Below, piece after piece: positions 22,921 to 36,859 of a stretch of 64,000 nucleotides of DNA. The notes under the pieces are model-generated. The model saw only the letters and a program-made list of their open reading frames with translations. It did not search any database and was not told the DNA's origin. Position 1 is the stretch's first letter. Every line of letters begins with the position of its first letter. Origin of the DNA: Nemertoderma westbladi (Eukaryota; Animalia; Xenacoelomorpha); assembly GCA_032718475.1 (NCBI GenBank), contig JAUCBJ010001196.1, forward strand, positions 62,001-126,000, in the 5' to 3' direction. The position numbers and the translations under genes are program-made.

Positions 22921-25553
22921 ATGGACCCAAATCGCCAAATTATCGGCGAATTACGTAATACAATAGATCTATTGGAATATCCACAACCTGGATCCCCTAA
23001 TTGTGATACAAATTGGAACGCCCTGATAAATGAGAATGTGCGAGTTGTCAAATTCTCCGGGTGAGAGGGACCGGATTCCCGGAATCTACGAGCCCTCCGG
23101 TTGGCCGATGCTAGTACGAGACTGAAAAGAACTCGGAACGCAAAGGCTACCGGAGGGGATGAGTTGTCATATTGGGAAACTTTTCGGCAAAGCGTCTACA
23201 GATCCCGATGTTTGATATACGACAACGAGGGAAACGCGACGCCCACCTCGAAAGCGATGACGTTGGCGCGATGTCAAAGTTTCGTCGATGACAACAGTAC
23301 GTACCTCGCCCACTGGCGAAACCTAGCGGAGTGTACGGCAATGCTACGAGAGGAACGTATATCCGTTATCCAGAATCGCGACGACTACCAGGAGAAGTAC
23401 GGGGCGAAAGAATACGGTCGATCCTTGGTCGTCGTCCTCGGAACCCTGGATGGTTTGGTATTGGTGTGTCGAATATTCCCGACACCCAGACAGGAAGTGC
23501 AAGCAGCCGGAGCGATCTGGTTGCTACCTCCGGAAATCCAAAAGATCCTCTTCGACTTCGACGTCATTAAAATCGGGTCGGATATAAAAGCGGACGTCCG
23601 GAACGACTACGCGAACGCTCCTTTAGGAAGAGACCATAAAGGAGATCTCAATGCCATTAGTCATTGCATCGACACCCAGACACTCCTAGCCTGGTTACGA
23701 TCCGCCGAATTCATGCGAGGATTCCGCGAGGTGAGACGGACGAAATCCGGGATCAGCTACCTCGCTGTACTAAACGGCGGCATCGACTTTAAACCTCAGA
23801 AATTCCAGGACTATAATAAGATATATGGTAGATACCCGGGATTGGAAATAAAGAGCGAGTGAGAGGGTCGATGGAAGGACGTTGACAGGAGGTGGACGAT
23901 ACACCAAAGGTGGGAAAATCCCGATCGACGGAACTACATCTACGTCGTTATGGAGTCCTACACCGTTGCTAAGTTTATATGTAAAACTCTCGATAACCTC
24001 ATTACGGCGGTTCCTCTTTCCTTTGTCGACTACGACTGGAACGAGGTTATAAACCACGCGTTCAAAGCGGTCGAGAACATTACACCGGGAGAGACGAAAA
24101 CACTCACCGTTATCGATTCCTGGGACGAGAATGGACCTAACGACATCGCCACGATTACCGATCTTCTCTGTGCAGAGGAGCCTCTGATTTCTTCAGAAGC
24201 TACATGAGGGCATTCTACTGTCTACCCCAAAGCGACCACTCGAGCCGGAAGCTGCATACGAACCGGCCGCCAAACGGGTTGCCTCGGCCGAACCTGCGAT
24301 GGAAGCAGGCGCCTCTACCCCACTCGGCTCCGGTAGCCCTGCGAGGGAGTTAGTCACTACCTCCGCGTTGAGCGACTTCGGCGATATATGCCAAAGGTTA
24401 TCCCCATATCCTTTCCCGGGCGGCGAAGACTGGTCATCAGAGATTCCGAGTACCAGCCTCAGCGATACTGGTCGAGAAGGGTCCCAGCGCTGCGCCGACT
24501 CCCGAAGATCTCCTCGGAATCCCTCCGTCGAAAACCCCGGCACCTCTTCGCCGACCAGCGGTGGCTACTACCCCCTCCGTTCCACAGGATCCTATGCGAC
24601 TAACCCGATGGTACGCCGAGCAGACCGAATGGATCCACCGCCAGAAACGGTCGTCTGAGATGAGACCGGCAGGACATAAAGAAGGTTATCGGAGCGAGAA
24701 CCTACTATGCCAAAGCCCAGCCTTTCGCGGGCTACCAGCCACCGCGAATATTCAAAAGAGCGACCGACGACTCGAGTATTACGTCGGCGTCCCGATTCTG
24801 ATATTCCCCGGTCGAGAGATGCAGTTGGAGATATGCGCAAACTGCGGTTCGGAGCAGTGCCCATGTGGTAGACGAAATCGGGTTACTGATTCGTGCCTAC
24901 AGCTCCTCGGGATACTGTATTGCCCATACTGCGCAACATCGGGACATGATGTCTCGGTTTGTCCAATCCTTTATAACCTCTGCACAACTTGCGGTTTCCG
25001 TGGACATTCCGCTAGCCCCGCTGCTATATAAAATGTCCTACAAAAGACGTTACCGCTATGGGAAATATGGTCATGTTCGAAACATACGCAAACAGCCATA
25101 TAAGGACCAAAATGCGGAGAAAAGCTCAGAATATCGCACAGGAAATGGCATGCGGGTACTTTTCCTTCCCGACACCTCCACACGACAGCGACGTTACCTT
25201 TTCACTACGTGGATCTGTTGCTGAGCGCCGGATTATTCGGCCCATTCGAAGTCCTTAGACGCTTATATTCGTATAAGGAGGAGTTTGGTGACGGAAAGTG
25301 GTTCCTAGAGGCGCGCAACACCGAGTTGGAAAGACGTACCGATATGATCCCGTTGCCATCGAAAGGAAGAGCCGCCAGGAGACAAGCCGAAACGTTGCTC
25401 ACGATGGATGTCGATGCTCCCCTACCAGCTCTAGCGATCGATGAGAGTCGACGGGCGAAGAGGAGGAAGGCCTTATCAGAGAAAGAAATAGAGGACCAGG
25501 ATATTCCAGGAACATTTATATTGGACATTTATTCTTTATATATATATATATGA
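22921..25553 (+). pseudogene. Family A extra ORF: DEDDy 3'-5' exonuclease-like domain plus CCHC zinc knuckles (stops and frameshifts)
   Basis: ATG 22921 is in frame with ORFs 23101 and 23950 through two TGA codons. Motifs LIYDNEG, LPPEIQKILFDFDVIKIGSDIKAD, CIDTQ, SGISYLA and YIYVVMES; CPYCATSGHDVSVC at 24921 and CTTCGFRGH at 24981. Confidence 0.65.
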
Positions 25554-25669
25554 ACTCTAGGCCAAATTAATCAAGACTATGCAATATTACAATTTTGGGT
25601 TTTTTATATGGGAATGACCTATGCAAACTCAATCTACCGATAGACCTCACGAAGGTCATTGGGGGGGAC

Positions 25670-27165
25670 TGTTCGTGGTATTTCAACTTTTCATAAAAGC
25701 GAGTTGAATATTTTTTGTATTTATTTAAAATGATTATTCCGATATCACTACTGGGTGCGGGACAGTGTGTTTTGGGCACACTCAATGAACTGGGGGCGAT
25801 TTATGGGCGAATATTGGGGCGACTTACAGGGTACGGGATTCATTTCATGTATATAAGGGCCAGGGGGGGAAGGAAAAGTTAAGCAGTATTCAGGTTTACC
25901 TGACTACTATTAGGCCTAGCCAACTTCCTGCTGCCTGTAGAGGTGGATTTGGTAACTCGCTAGGTCTAAAGGACAAGGACTGCCCTTAGCAGTCCCTGGC
26001 CAACAGCAGTTATTACGAGCCTGAAAAGGACATCGGAAAGTCTGCTGCTTGTGTCAGGGATTTGCGACGGGAAACGACGACAGACCCCGTAGCCAAGCCA
26101 TACTGGTTCTCGATGATCGTTCCCTTCGGGGTTCGTGAGGGGTGGGACGGACACGCGAAAGGGTCGACCGACTAACAGAGGAAGGGTTTGACGAGGACTG
26201 CCCTTAGCAGTCTCTGGTCAACAGCAGTTATTACGAGCCTGAAAAGGACATCGGAAAGTCTGCTGCTTGTGCCAGGGATTTGCGACAGGGACCGACGACA
26301 GACCCCTTAGCCAAGCCGTACTGGTTCTCGATGATCGTTCCCTTCGGGGTTCGTGAGGGGTGGGACGGACACGCGACGGGGTCGAAAGACAGAGGACTGG
26401 ACTCTACTGGCCTACCGACTGTTCGGAGCAGTTTCTCGGCTGCCGAAGCGACTACGAGCCTGAATAAGGACTCGGAAAGCCTAGGTGGTTGGGTCTCTGC
26501 GATGAACCGACAGACCCCTAGCCAAGCCGTACTGGTTCTCGATGATTGTTCCCTTCGGGGTTCGTGAGGGGTGGGACGGACACACGAACGGGTCCACCGA
26601 CACGACAGACTCCTAGCCAAGCCGTACTGGTTCTCGATGACTGATCCCTTCGGGGTTCGAGAGGGGTGGTACGGATACGCGACAGAGTCTACCGACTGGA
26701 CCGACCCTTAGCCAAGCCGTACTGATTCTCGATGATCGATCCCTTCGGGGTTCGGGAGGGGTGGTACGGATACGCAACAGGGTTGACCGACACCGACACT
26801 ATGGCACCAAGACTAGGACCGAGGGAAAATCTGGGGAACATTAGTTAGGCTAAAATCTGAGCGAACAGTGGGTAATTAAATAATTTACTGTAGGGATTTA
26901 TATTGTCGTGTATTATTATTGTGAATAATTTGGTGTATATTGGTTTGGGGAATCCCAATTTATTCTCAATCAAGATTCAACTGTAGGGAAGTTACATTAA
27001 AGGTATATCCAACCAATGCAGCTTTTTCTCAACCGCAATCTTGCATCTAAGAACTTATTCCTTCTCCACAATCAATATCCGGTGACTGGCCGGGATTCCG
27101 TGGTCTGTAAAGTTCCGCCTCCAGCATCGGCGTTTTCCCCCATGGTGTCGGGAATAACGGCAACA
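25670..27165 (+). repeat. Family A 3' LTR with internal ~90-240-bp subrepeats
   Basis: Follows the PPT; repeated TAGCCAAGCCGTACTGGTTCTCGATGA...CCCTTCGGGGTTCG units. Confidence 0.95.
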
Positions 27166-27170
27166 ATATA

Positions 27171-29900
27171 ACCCGGACGACGGACAAGGTAAGAAAGATG
27201 CTAGCCGACTCCGGTAACATCGGCAGGGAAGGGTTAGTAGAACTTATAAAGGGATATAACTCAGCGTGATTTAGCGAGATGGGGGAGCTTGCAGTCCTAG
27301 CGAAGAGAGCAGTGGAGTCTCAGTTGAGCGACGTAGCGACGAAGATTTACGACAGGGCTTTAGCGGCCTTGTTGGAGCACTGCGCGGTATCGGAGCGATT
27401 CCGACGAGTTAGGACAGAAAACTGGTTTCTATAGGCGCCGCGAGCGCAGGCGACTCAGGTAAGTGACGTGGAGTTAAGGAACTTCGTGGAGCAGGAAGAG
27501 ACCCAAGACAAGGAAGATCGACGATACCAGAGGGAAGTCACCAGCTGGCTGATGCAGAGCGGAGTAGTAGTACCGGGTCAGGTGTTACCGACAACGGAGA
27601 ACATCCAACAGAGGACGTTAACTCCACCCGACGACGCATCCAGAAACAGTGGGGATTCTCAGGTTAGTCATGCGCGAGGGAAGGTTATATGTGCTAGATC
27701 CCTAGTTTCTCACAACTCGGCAGAGGAGAGAAGACGACAATTAGACGAACAATTAGACGCAAAGCTGCGCAAGTTGGAGGACATAAGTAAGTGTGAGCAA
27801 GCCGAACGCGAACAGGAAGAACGCGAACTCCAACTTGAGTGCGAACGCGAACAGAAGGAACTCTAACTCGAGCGCAAACGCGAACAGAAGGAACGCGAAT
27901 GGAAGGAACGCGAGCGCCAACTAGAATGCGAACGGGAAGCCAAGGAATGCGAACAAAGGAGATGCGAATTTCAACTCGAACGCAAGCGCAAGGAGCGCGA
28001 ACTTGAGTGCGAGAAAGAGCGACGTGCATTGTATGAAGAAAAGGCGCGACTGGAAGAAGAGAGCGCAGCGAGTCTCACGAGGGAAGAATAACAACGCAAA
28101 CTGGCGCAATTGGAAAGTGCGAGATTAGACTTAGAAAGCGAAGAATGAACTAGGAAGGCAAATGAAATTGACGAGAAGGGGATGCGAATGATCGAAGAAT
28201 GTGGGGCGAGTGTAGGTACCGAGTTGCGAGAACTGTTCGCACAGCAGAAGGCCGAACAGGAGGCGAGAACTCCAGTTATACGTGAGTCGACGGCGACCAG
28301 AATTCCTATACCCAGTCCAACTATTACGAGTACTCGGATCGCTAAACCATTTTCTACATATCGCACACCAGTTGGCATTAGTGCTTCACCCATCGCGCAG
28401 GATCCGCACCATCAGGACGGCGCACAGCGACGCAACTATTATCGAGACGAAGAGGAGTTTATAGAAGAAATTCCTAGAGGCCGAGTATTGGGCGAACCGA
28501 AACCGCAGATTTGGAATATGCGGATGGATCGCATTCCCAGTTCGACGGAGAACTTCCGGGTTAAACCGGAAGAAGGATCATATGAGAGACAGCGGATTAC
28601 CCAAATAGAGCCGACAATTCAGCAGAACCCTAGCCAGGAGTTTATTACGAGGGAGGAGTTAGGTACCAGTTTAGTGCAAGCTATATTGCCGCACATCCAA
28701 CCTATAACGGACATGCTTAGTATCCTACAGTTAAAGGAAGCAGCACATGTAAGAAGTAATTCTAATCCTAGCAGGCCTGAACTAGATAGAGTCCAACCTG
28801 GCCAACAAGTACGCATATCGGAGGCAACAATACCACAAAGACCTCAAGTAAGAATGCCCGTCCCTACGATCCACAATCCCGACATCGAACACTCGGCGGA
28901 GAGATTTATACAGGAGGCCTGGGTCAGGGCCTCGGCGCATAAACCAACGCGAGCGCTGAGAACCGACACAGACTCGAGCGATGAAGAGGAAGAATCGTCC
29001 CAAAACTGGAAGGAAAGAAGGACCGACGCGGAGCAGGTAAGTATGAATCCCCTGACTTAACAACCCTGCAGAACTAAACAATTTGTTAACCCGGAATGAC
29101 GCAACCCTTAGAGATATAGGTAAGTTTGCTGCTAGTTCAACTATCTGCTACAGATGCTCCATCGAGAACCTAGAGCCATTGCTGACAACTTCATCGGCAA
29201 TGAAAGAGCATTTGAACTAGCTATGAAGACCCTTAGCGACATCTACGGGAATAAAACCAAGATGGCACAGTCGATAGTGGAAGACTTGGGTAAAGGCGGA
29301 AGGATTATAACTCCATAACTCTATAACTCTATAACTATAACACTATTTCGAACGCATTAGACATCTTGAGGACGGTGAATCTACCTCATCATGGTGATCA
29401 CGCCGAAGTTTTAAAGAGCATAATAAGAGGTTTAAACATGCATTACCGACAGAAATGGCGCAAATTAGAGAATAAGTTAGAGGGTCAAGGTAAGATGTTG
29501 AACCCCTGTGACTTTTAACTCAGTAGACAGATATAATTCGAGTACCCCTGCCATTAGATCAGACTCGCGAGTATGGTCATGTGAGCGGTCAGATAGACCT
29601 AAGGTAAAGCAACAGGAGTTGCCGGATGGATTTGTAGGTGGTTGCCAATTCTGCTTACTAAAGGAGGTAAGATCTGACGACCATAAGTTAGACAGTTGCA
29701 GACGGTTTAAAGACTAAACTTCGGAACAGAGAAGGGTTCAAGTGCGGACGTTGGACACCTGTTGGGCATGTCTTGCGCCCGGTCATATACGGCGGCAGTG
29801 CCCGAACAGCAAGGACGGATGCATGGAATGTGGCAGACTACATCACAAGTTGCTACATGCGGATTTCCATACCCCAATGGACCGTTACTTACAGAGAAAT
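27171..29900 (+). pseudogene. gag: Family B gag, remainder (coiled-coil EREQKE repeats, zinc knuckles)
   Basis: CQFC...HKLDSC, CWACLAPGHIRRQC, CMECGRLHHKLLH; many stops. Confidence 0.8.
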
Positions 29901-30046
29901 CCTCAAAGGAAGGGGAGCAGAGATCCCGTAACGATAAGAAGAAATACATACACCGGCATCCAAGACGATGGATATCAACCAGGTTCGTCGGACGAGGACG
30001 GTGAGGCGAGCGCGAGAGAGGTGACCTGCCAGGGGTTCACCGTGGA

Positions 30047-33000
30047 TTGGATAGTTCATCGACCAGCGCGCGGATGTATTTATCATCGGTCACGTCAGAG
30101 ATATTCAGCATGATTCCGGTGAAACTTACTGGAGATAAGGGGTCGAAAAGAATATATGTGATGTTGGACATTGCATCCACATTATCATATATAGACGAGG
30201 AAGTGGCGAGAGCCATTTCCAGCTTCCGGGATGCCGAGGAAATAAAGATAGAGTTAAAATCCATGCACGGGGTAGGTGACCTTAGGGGACATAAGATTTC
30301 GGTAGAACTAGACTCCCTACTCCCGAGAGACGAGCACACTCGACAAGAGCGGAGAGCTTTGCCATTGGATGGATTCAAGTGTCTAGCTATGAAGGGGTTC
30401 GGCAGGCAGTTATGTAAGGTGCCACCGATGAGTCCCATAGCACAGGAGTATTTTGACAAGCTCAGAATACCGAGACACCAGGTGGGTTATAGGAATGCGT
30501 CTATGTTGATTGGAGCAGAACAGCTGATCGCGCACCAAATATGGGAAACGAGACCAGCTGAGCCATATGTAAATGGGCCACACACCCATAGGATTATATT
30601 AGGTTGGTATACACGAGTACTCATATGTTATGAGTTTTCAGGCGGCGATAAGCCAAAGGATAGACACGACAAATTACAGCCTATAACTCAACAACCGTTA
30701 GTAGAACCACCAGACATAGACGAGTTTAGGAGAACCTGTATTGACCACTATAGCGACTTTAGCGAGTCAGACGAGGAGTTGATTCCCGATAATGTTAGAT
30801 TGTAGGAACCACTCTAAAACGACCAGACAGATAGTGAACCCGAGGACTACTGTTATCAGACCCGTGGGTCTGGTTCAGTGGCCCACGCCACTTATTTGAG
30901 TAACATTTTGACTTATACCAATATAGTGGAGGGTCAGGTGGCGAAATATCGAGACCTCGACATTTTCCAATGGAGAACAACTACAACTTGGCCCTGAAAC
31001 GATTGAACGGAGTAAGGGCTCGGCTGTTAAAGAATCAAGATGTTAGGGAGAACTATTTCGCCAAGGGATTTGCTGGGAAGGTAGAGAACCCCGACTTAGT
31101 GATGGACCAGACTTATTACCTCCCACAACACTATGTGACTCACCCCGACAAACCAGACAAGGTCCGAGTAGTCAATGACTGCGCAGCAGTCTATAGAGGT
31201 ATGTCCCTGAATTCAGAGTTGATGGATGGTCCCAACCTAAATAACTACTTTATAGGGATACTGTTACGCTTTAGACAGCGGCGATTTGCGTTTACTTGCG
31301 ACATCGAGGCGATGTTTCACCAGGTAAGAGCCTGCAAGGCGGACCAGGATAGTCTCAGATTTCTCTGGTACGAGAATGAAGACCTATCCGGCCCAGTGGT
31401 CACATACCAGATGTATGTCAGGATATTTGGCGCCTGCGATAGTCCCAATGGTACGTTGTTCGTTTTAAAGAAAACGGCGACAGCCCAAATTGGTAAGTAT
31501 CCAGTAGATGTTATCGAGTCCATCCTGAGAAACTTCTACATGGACGACGGATTGGTGTCCAAAGACACAGCGGAACAAGCCATAGAAGTGGCTCACGGCC
31601 TACAGGAGTGCTTGGCTATAGGAGGTTTTCCACTAACCAGGTTCACCACCAATTCGGAGGCCTTATTAGAATCGTTCCCGGTGAAGGATCACGGGAGCGG
31701 AGACATTGAATTGGGTGTAGAACCCATCCCCATGGCGTGAGTATTGGGACTCGCTTGGAACCCAAACACGGATAAGTTCCAGGTGAGAGTTAGGTTTGAA
31801 CCCAGTAGCCCAGACAAAATTTTTGACCTGATGAACTTTATCAGTCCAGTAATATTACAGGCACGAATATGTATGAGGAAAATCTGGCTGTCCGACCTAG
31901 AGTGGGACGAGCCAATATCCCCTATACATGCAAAGAAGTGGAGAGAGTGGGAAGCCGATTTACATCTATTGAAAAATATAGATGTACCCCGCTCCTACTT
32001 TCCGAATCAGCTGGTATTTCCAGCTGATCTTGAACTGCACTTATTCAGTGATGCAAGTGACACCGGCTTTGGTATGGTAGCCTACCTTCGCCGAGAGGTA
32101 AGTCAGAATAAGTTTGAGAAGGCCTTTGTGACCTCTAGATCAAAGACAATGCCGGTCAAATACATGACAGTCCCTTGTGCAGAGTTGCAGGCGGCAGTAG
32201 TCTCGGTTGAAGTAAGTAAGCAGATAATAGAGGAGTTGGACACGACATTGACATTATTTTATTGGACGGACGCATCCTTAGTGTTAGTGTATGTTGCAGC
32301 TGACAATATTGCACTAAAGACATTTGTGGCCAACAGACGCGCTCATATCGTCGACTTTTCGACGAAGGAACAATGGAGACATTGTCCGGGAGTGTTAAAC
32401 CCGGCTGACATAACTTCGAGAGGTGCTATGCCGGCGGAATTCTGTCAGGAGGAATCCCAGGTGTTTTGGTTACATGGGCCTGATTTTCTAACGAGGACAC
32501 AGGATCATTGGCCAGAGCGACTGAAGATAGTGACCAATCCGATGCCGAAGGATGCAGAGGTCAAAGTGGAGAAAGTTTCCAAGTCTAAGTCTAAAGCCAA
32601 ACTCGAGTCATTGGAGCAGTCTGAAGAGTCATTGGAGTGGCTTGAAGAGTCATTGGAGTGGCCCGGAGACCTGTCAGACCAAGAGACTTACGTGACTACA
32701 AGGTCCGGAAGGGTAAGTTATGACATAAAACCACCCTTACAGACTACACAAGGGTCATAATTAGTAAGTGACGGACAGAAAATGACCGACAAGATGGAGC
32801 CTTCGGTTTCTAAACCTGCGGGTTTGGATTCGAAACTTCCATTAGCTAGTGGACAACCATCGCTGGCATTAGAGCCATGTAGTATTTATGACAAATTACT
32901 AAATTCATCCGCCTCTTGGCTGACAATTTGTAAAAGAACTGTCTGGTTAAGCCGATACATTTCGTACCTTTGTTTAAAACATTAGAAACACTTAGGAAAA

Positions 33001-34594
33001 CAAACGAGCACTAATAGTGAGCGAATTCAGAAATTGAAACAACCTCTGACAGAGGATGAGATTGATCAAGCGGAATTAAAGCATTTGAGACATTATCAAA
33101 TGTGTGCCTTATGTATGTGTGTATGTATGCGTGTGTGTGTATGTGTGTATGTATGTATAAATGTGTGTCTGTTATTGGCTCAACGACTAGTTCTCTATAA
33201 AGCCCTCAAAAAATGGAGTCCATTAATCCATAAGGGTTTGATTTGTCATAGATCGAGAATCCAGACTGTCGACATAAACTCACAGGTTAGGTTCCCAGTG
33301 ATAATCCCTAGTCATCCAATAGAATTGCAAAGAGCAATTCAATGGGATATACATAAGAGGCTGCATCACGCGGGAAGGTTACACTGTTTGTCGGCAGTGA
33401 GACAGCGATTCATTCTATTGCAGCCAAGCAGGGCAGTAGGTACCATGTACGATGCCTGTCTGGTTTGCAAGAGGCTGAACTCCCGGAAGCGAGAGTGCAG
33501 GCATATGACCCACCCTTTACAAATACAGCGGTGGACTGCTTTGGTACAATTGAGGCAAAGAGTGGATGGCTGACCCACAAGAGATGGGGCCTGCTACTGA
33601 TATGTATGGCCAGTAGAGCCGTACATATAGAGCGTGTGGCAGACATGTCGACCAAACCTGGCCTTAAAGAGATTTATGAGAGGACTAGTAAAGGCGTTCT
33701 ACTCTGACAAGGGGACTAACTTTGTTGGAGGGAATAGCGAGTTGAATGCGGCTCATAGGGCGGCGCCAGACAGAGAAATCTCCGCAGCACTTTTGCCACA
33801 AAGAGTGGAGTGGAAATTTAACACTCCAGAAAGTCCCTGGAGAGGAGGAAGTTGGGAGCGTTTAGTTCGCTCCATAAAACAGGCCATTGCTAAAATATTG
33901 CCTGTAAACAAACAACTTACAGACGACGAGCTGGTAACAGCTTTTATCGAAATCGAGCATACTTTAAACTCGAGGCCGATAGCTATGTTGCCTGACGGTG
34001 TCGCATTAACACCAAATCATTTGCTAATGCAGAGTCCAGCATTTCTTGTGCCGGCATCAGAACCCATTAGTGCCGACCTATATAGTCGAAAGAGCTGGAA
34101 AATAACACAGTTTTTGGCGTACACATTCTGGGAATATTGGCGGGAATATTATCTCCCACAATATCCACCAGATCTAAGTGGTACAAAACATTTCGGAGCC
34201 TCCACAGAGGAGACTACATATTAATAACTGAACCAGTTGTCAAGAGAAAATATTGGGAGACTGGAGTCATCTTGCACATACACCCTTACGTACATAATAT
34301 AGTACGCACCGTTACTGTAAAAATAAGGTGCAAGTGTCCAAACCAAAAGAAGTGTAAAACTAATGGTTTACACACCTTGGACAGGCTGGAGTCATCTTGC
34401 ACATACACCCTTACGTACAAAATATAGTACGCACCGTTACTGTAAAAATAAGGTGCAAGTGTCCAAACCAAAAGAAGTGTAAAACTAATGGTTTACACAC
34501 CTTGGACAGGCTGGTCCAAGATATCATGTTACTAGAGGAGACACGCATCGAGACAGGAGACTATAATTTGTCTTCTGCCTCAAACCAAAATTAG
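30047..34594 (+). pseudogene. pol: Family B pol: protease, RT, RNase H, integrase (decayed)
   Basis: VMLDIAST; YYLPQH, RVVNDCA, CDIEAMFHQV, FYMDDG; LHLFSDAS, WTDAS, NPADITSRG; VDCFG, SDKGTNF, GGSWERL. A (TG)n-like tract lies at ~33100-33170. Confidence 0.93.
34261..34510 (+). repeat. 125-bp tandem duplication in the family B integrase tail
   Basis: 34261-34385 is repeated at 34386-34510, bounded by CTGG microhomology. Confidence 0.9.
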
Positions 34595-34595
34595 T

Positions 34596-36859
34596 TATTA
34601 TTATTATAATCTTTAATTCAGAAAAATAAATTCCATAGTAAAATAGTTAGAGCACAATAATGACCAATGTAAACATAACACTAAATTATACAAATTACCA
34701 AAATGATTAGACAAATTAACGTAATTAGCTACATAGAAATTCGGTATTACGCATTGCGCAAATTCTAGAACCCTTGGCAATGGTGCAAATGGCACGCAGA
34801 ACGTAGTTATCTAGTTTGGTTATGCGGCAAAAAAGGCCAGCGACCGCCCTATAACGAATATGAATAAAAAGAGGGACATTTAAGGACCCTAAAGCTAATC
34901 GAATGCTAGTAGTTTCATCATCAACAACTCTGGGTATATTGAAAAACCGTCTAGCACAATTATTATAAGCTACTTTGAGTTTGTTGTGAACAGACTCAGA
35001 AAAGTTTTGTCTGGCCCAAAGAGCATTACAATATAACGGTGTACAATATGCACGAAATAAAGTAACTTTAACGGGGACAGGGCATGAACCGAATTTGCGA
35101 ATCAAAAAATTACCCCTAGAATAAAGCTTACAAGTTTGATTCCTGATATCGTAGTCGTCATCTAAAGTACTGTGTACAATATGGCCAAGATAATTAAACT
35201 TCTCAACGACTTCAATAGGAGAGCCATTAAGATAAACACTAGGGCGACAAATAATTGTCGACCCCTTAGGATACAAATATAAACACTCACTTTTCTTTTT
35301 ATTGAAAGTTATAGAATTACCTTTTGCGTAAGTAACACATATATCTATTAAGTGCTGTAAACCAAAAATAGAGTTTGAAATTAAACATAAGTCATCAGCG
35401 TAACCAAGGTGATTAATCCTGGTTCCATCAATAACGCAACCTACATCAGCACTGGACAATTGCTTGCTTAAATCATCGATATAAATGTTGTAGAGCAAAG
35501 GCGACAAAATACCACCTTGCTTAGGTACATTGTGTCAAGTACAATGCACACATCTCCAACCAGACACTATATAACATTGGAGGTGTCTCATTGGTTCCCC
35601 CAAGCTTGACACTAGAACAAAATCGCCTCCGCTTTGCAGGACATTGCTTTCGCCGTGAGGACCAGCCAGTGCATAATCTTGTACTTTGGCAGCCTCATGG
35701 AGTGAATAAGCATGGTGGACAGCCTATGACTTTCTTGAGACGCATCTTAAAGGACACTGGCCTTAAAGATGCGGATGATCTAGCAAATGTCATGGGTGAT
35801 AGGGAGTTGTGGCGGTGCAATTTTGTTGACAAGCCGGCACAGCATTCTTAAAAATGCAGCTGCAATGCAGCATGCCGATCCTAGTAGTAGTAGTACCTTG
35901 CTTAGTACCATTGGTAACAGTAAACTTAGCAGATGTAAAACCACCCCAGATTACATGCATCGACTGAGCTCGATACCAATATAAAATAATGCGGACTACA
36001 TATAATGGAAAACCCCGCGATATCAGTTTACTAAATAACTTAAAATGATTTATTTTGTCGAATGCTTTACTGGCATCTAACATACATACGTAAATGGGCG
36101 TATTGTTAGAAATATAGTAATTAAGTATCTCCTTAAGTGTAAAGATACATAATTCCGTACCTAATTTTGTCTTAAATCCAAACTGATTATCAGTCGTATA
36201 CATCAAAGACAAGCACCGTGCCAAAATAATATTTTCCAGTAATTTACTAAGAACAGTAGCTATCGAAATACCCCTATAATTATCTTTGCTTGTATGGTCC
36301 CCGGTTTTATCCTTTATTAAAGGAATAATAACGGATTCCATCATAAGCTGGGGAATATAACCATGGCTGAAAATTAAGTTAAAAAATAGAGTTAAAATAT
36401 TCAACAGTGGTACACAGCACCCATGGATAAAATGCTCAGCTTCAAGGCCATCAGGGCCTATTGCCTTACCGCTACACAAACTATTAATAGCTTCAAATAT
36501 TTCATTAACTACTACATTATTTGTTTTACTAAAAGTAGTTCCCAATAACTTATTAGTTACAAATTCCTATAGATACTGAATACTGATACTGAATTAAATA
36601 AAATCACAAAAATGATCTTTCCACAGCCCACAAATCTGTTCGGGACCAACTGCGTCGCCTACTTTATTCGGTAGTACAGTTGTTTCCGAGCAACATTTGT
36701 GTACATCAGACCAAAAGTTCTTTATTGGGTTACCTTTATTTGAAGTACTGCCCAATAAAGACTCAGCTAATTTAGTATCACGTATGTTCTGTTCATCACG
36801 CTTACATGCCCTGAGCGCTCGTTTAAAATTGGCTTTCGACCGCAGATAATTATCTGCGG
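34596..36859 (-). mobile_element. 5'-truncated LINE (RTE-X-like RT) with a (TAA)n tail
   Basis: ORFs 35790-36545 and 34725-35507: GPDG, NYRGIS, QFGF, DASKAFD, KQG-GILSP, GYADD. TSD AAATTAGT at 34588-34595 and 36860-36867. Clade call is by eye. Confidence 0.88.
35525..35894 (+). mobile_element. 3' fragment of an RTE-like LINE inserted into the RT of the other LINE
   Basis: 11-bp TSD ACCTTGCTTAG (35514-35524, 35895-35905); (TAG)n tail; close match to 62418-62795. Confidence 0.93.

Larger units (their letters stand above)
16097..27165 (+). mobile_element. BEL/Pao family A LTR retrotransposon, two LTRs, internally deleted (no RT)
   Basis: Near-identical LTRs with TGTT...AACA ends; 5-bp TSD ATATA (16092-16096, 27166-27170); PPT GGGGGGGAC at 25661-25669. 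Confidence 0.95.

Noticed and set aside
22921-25553. env gene
   Set aside because: No signal peptide, fusion peptide or transmembrane segment visible; the motifs point to nuclease and zinc-knuckle domains.
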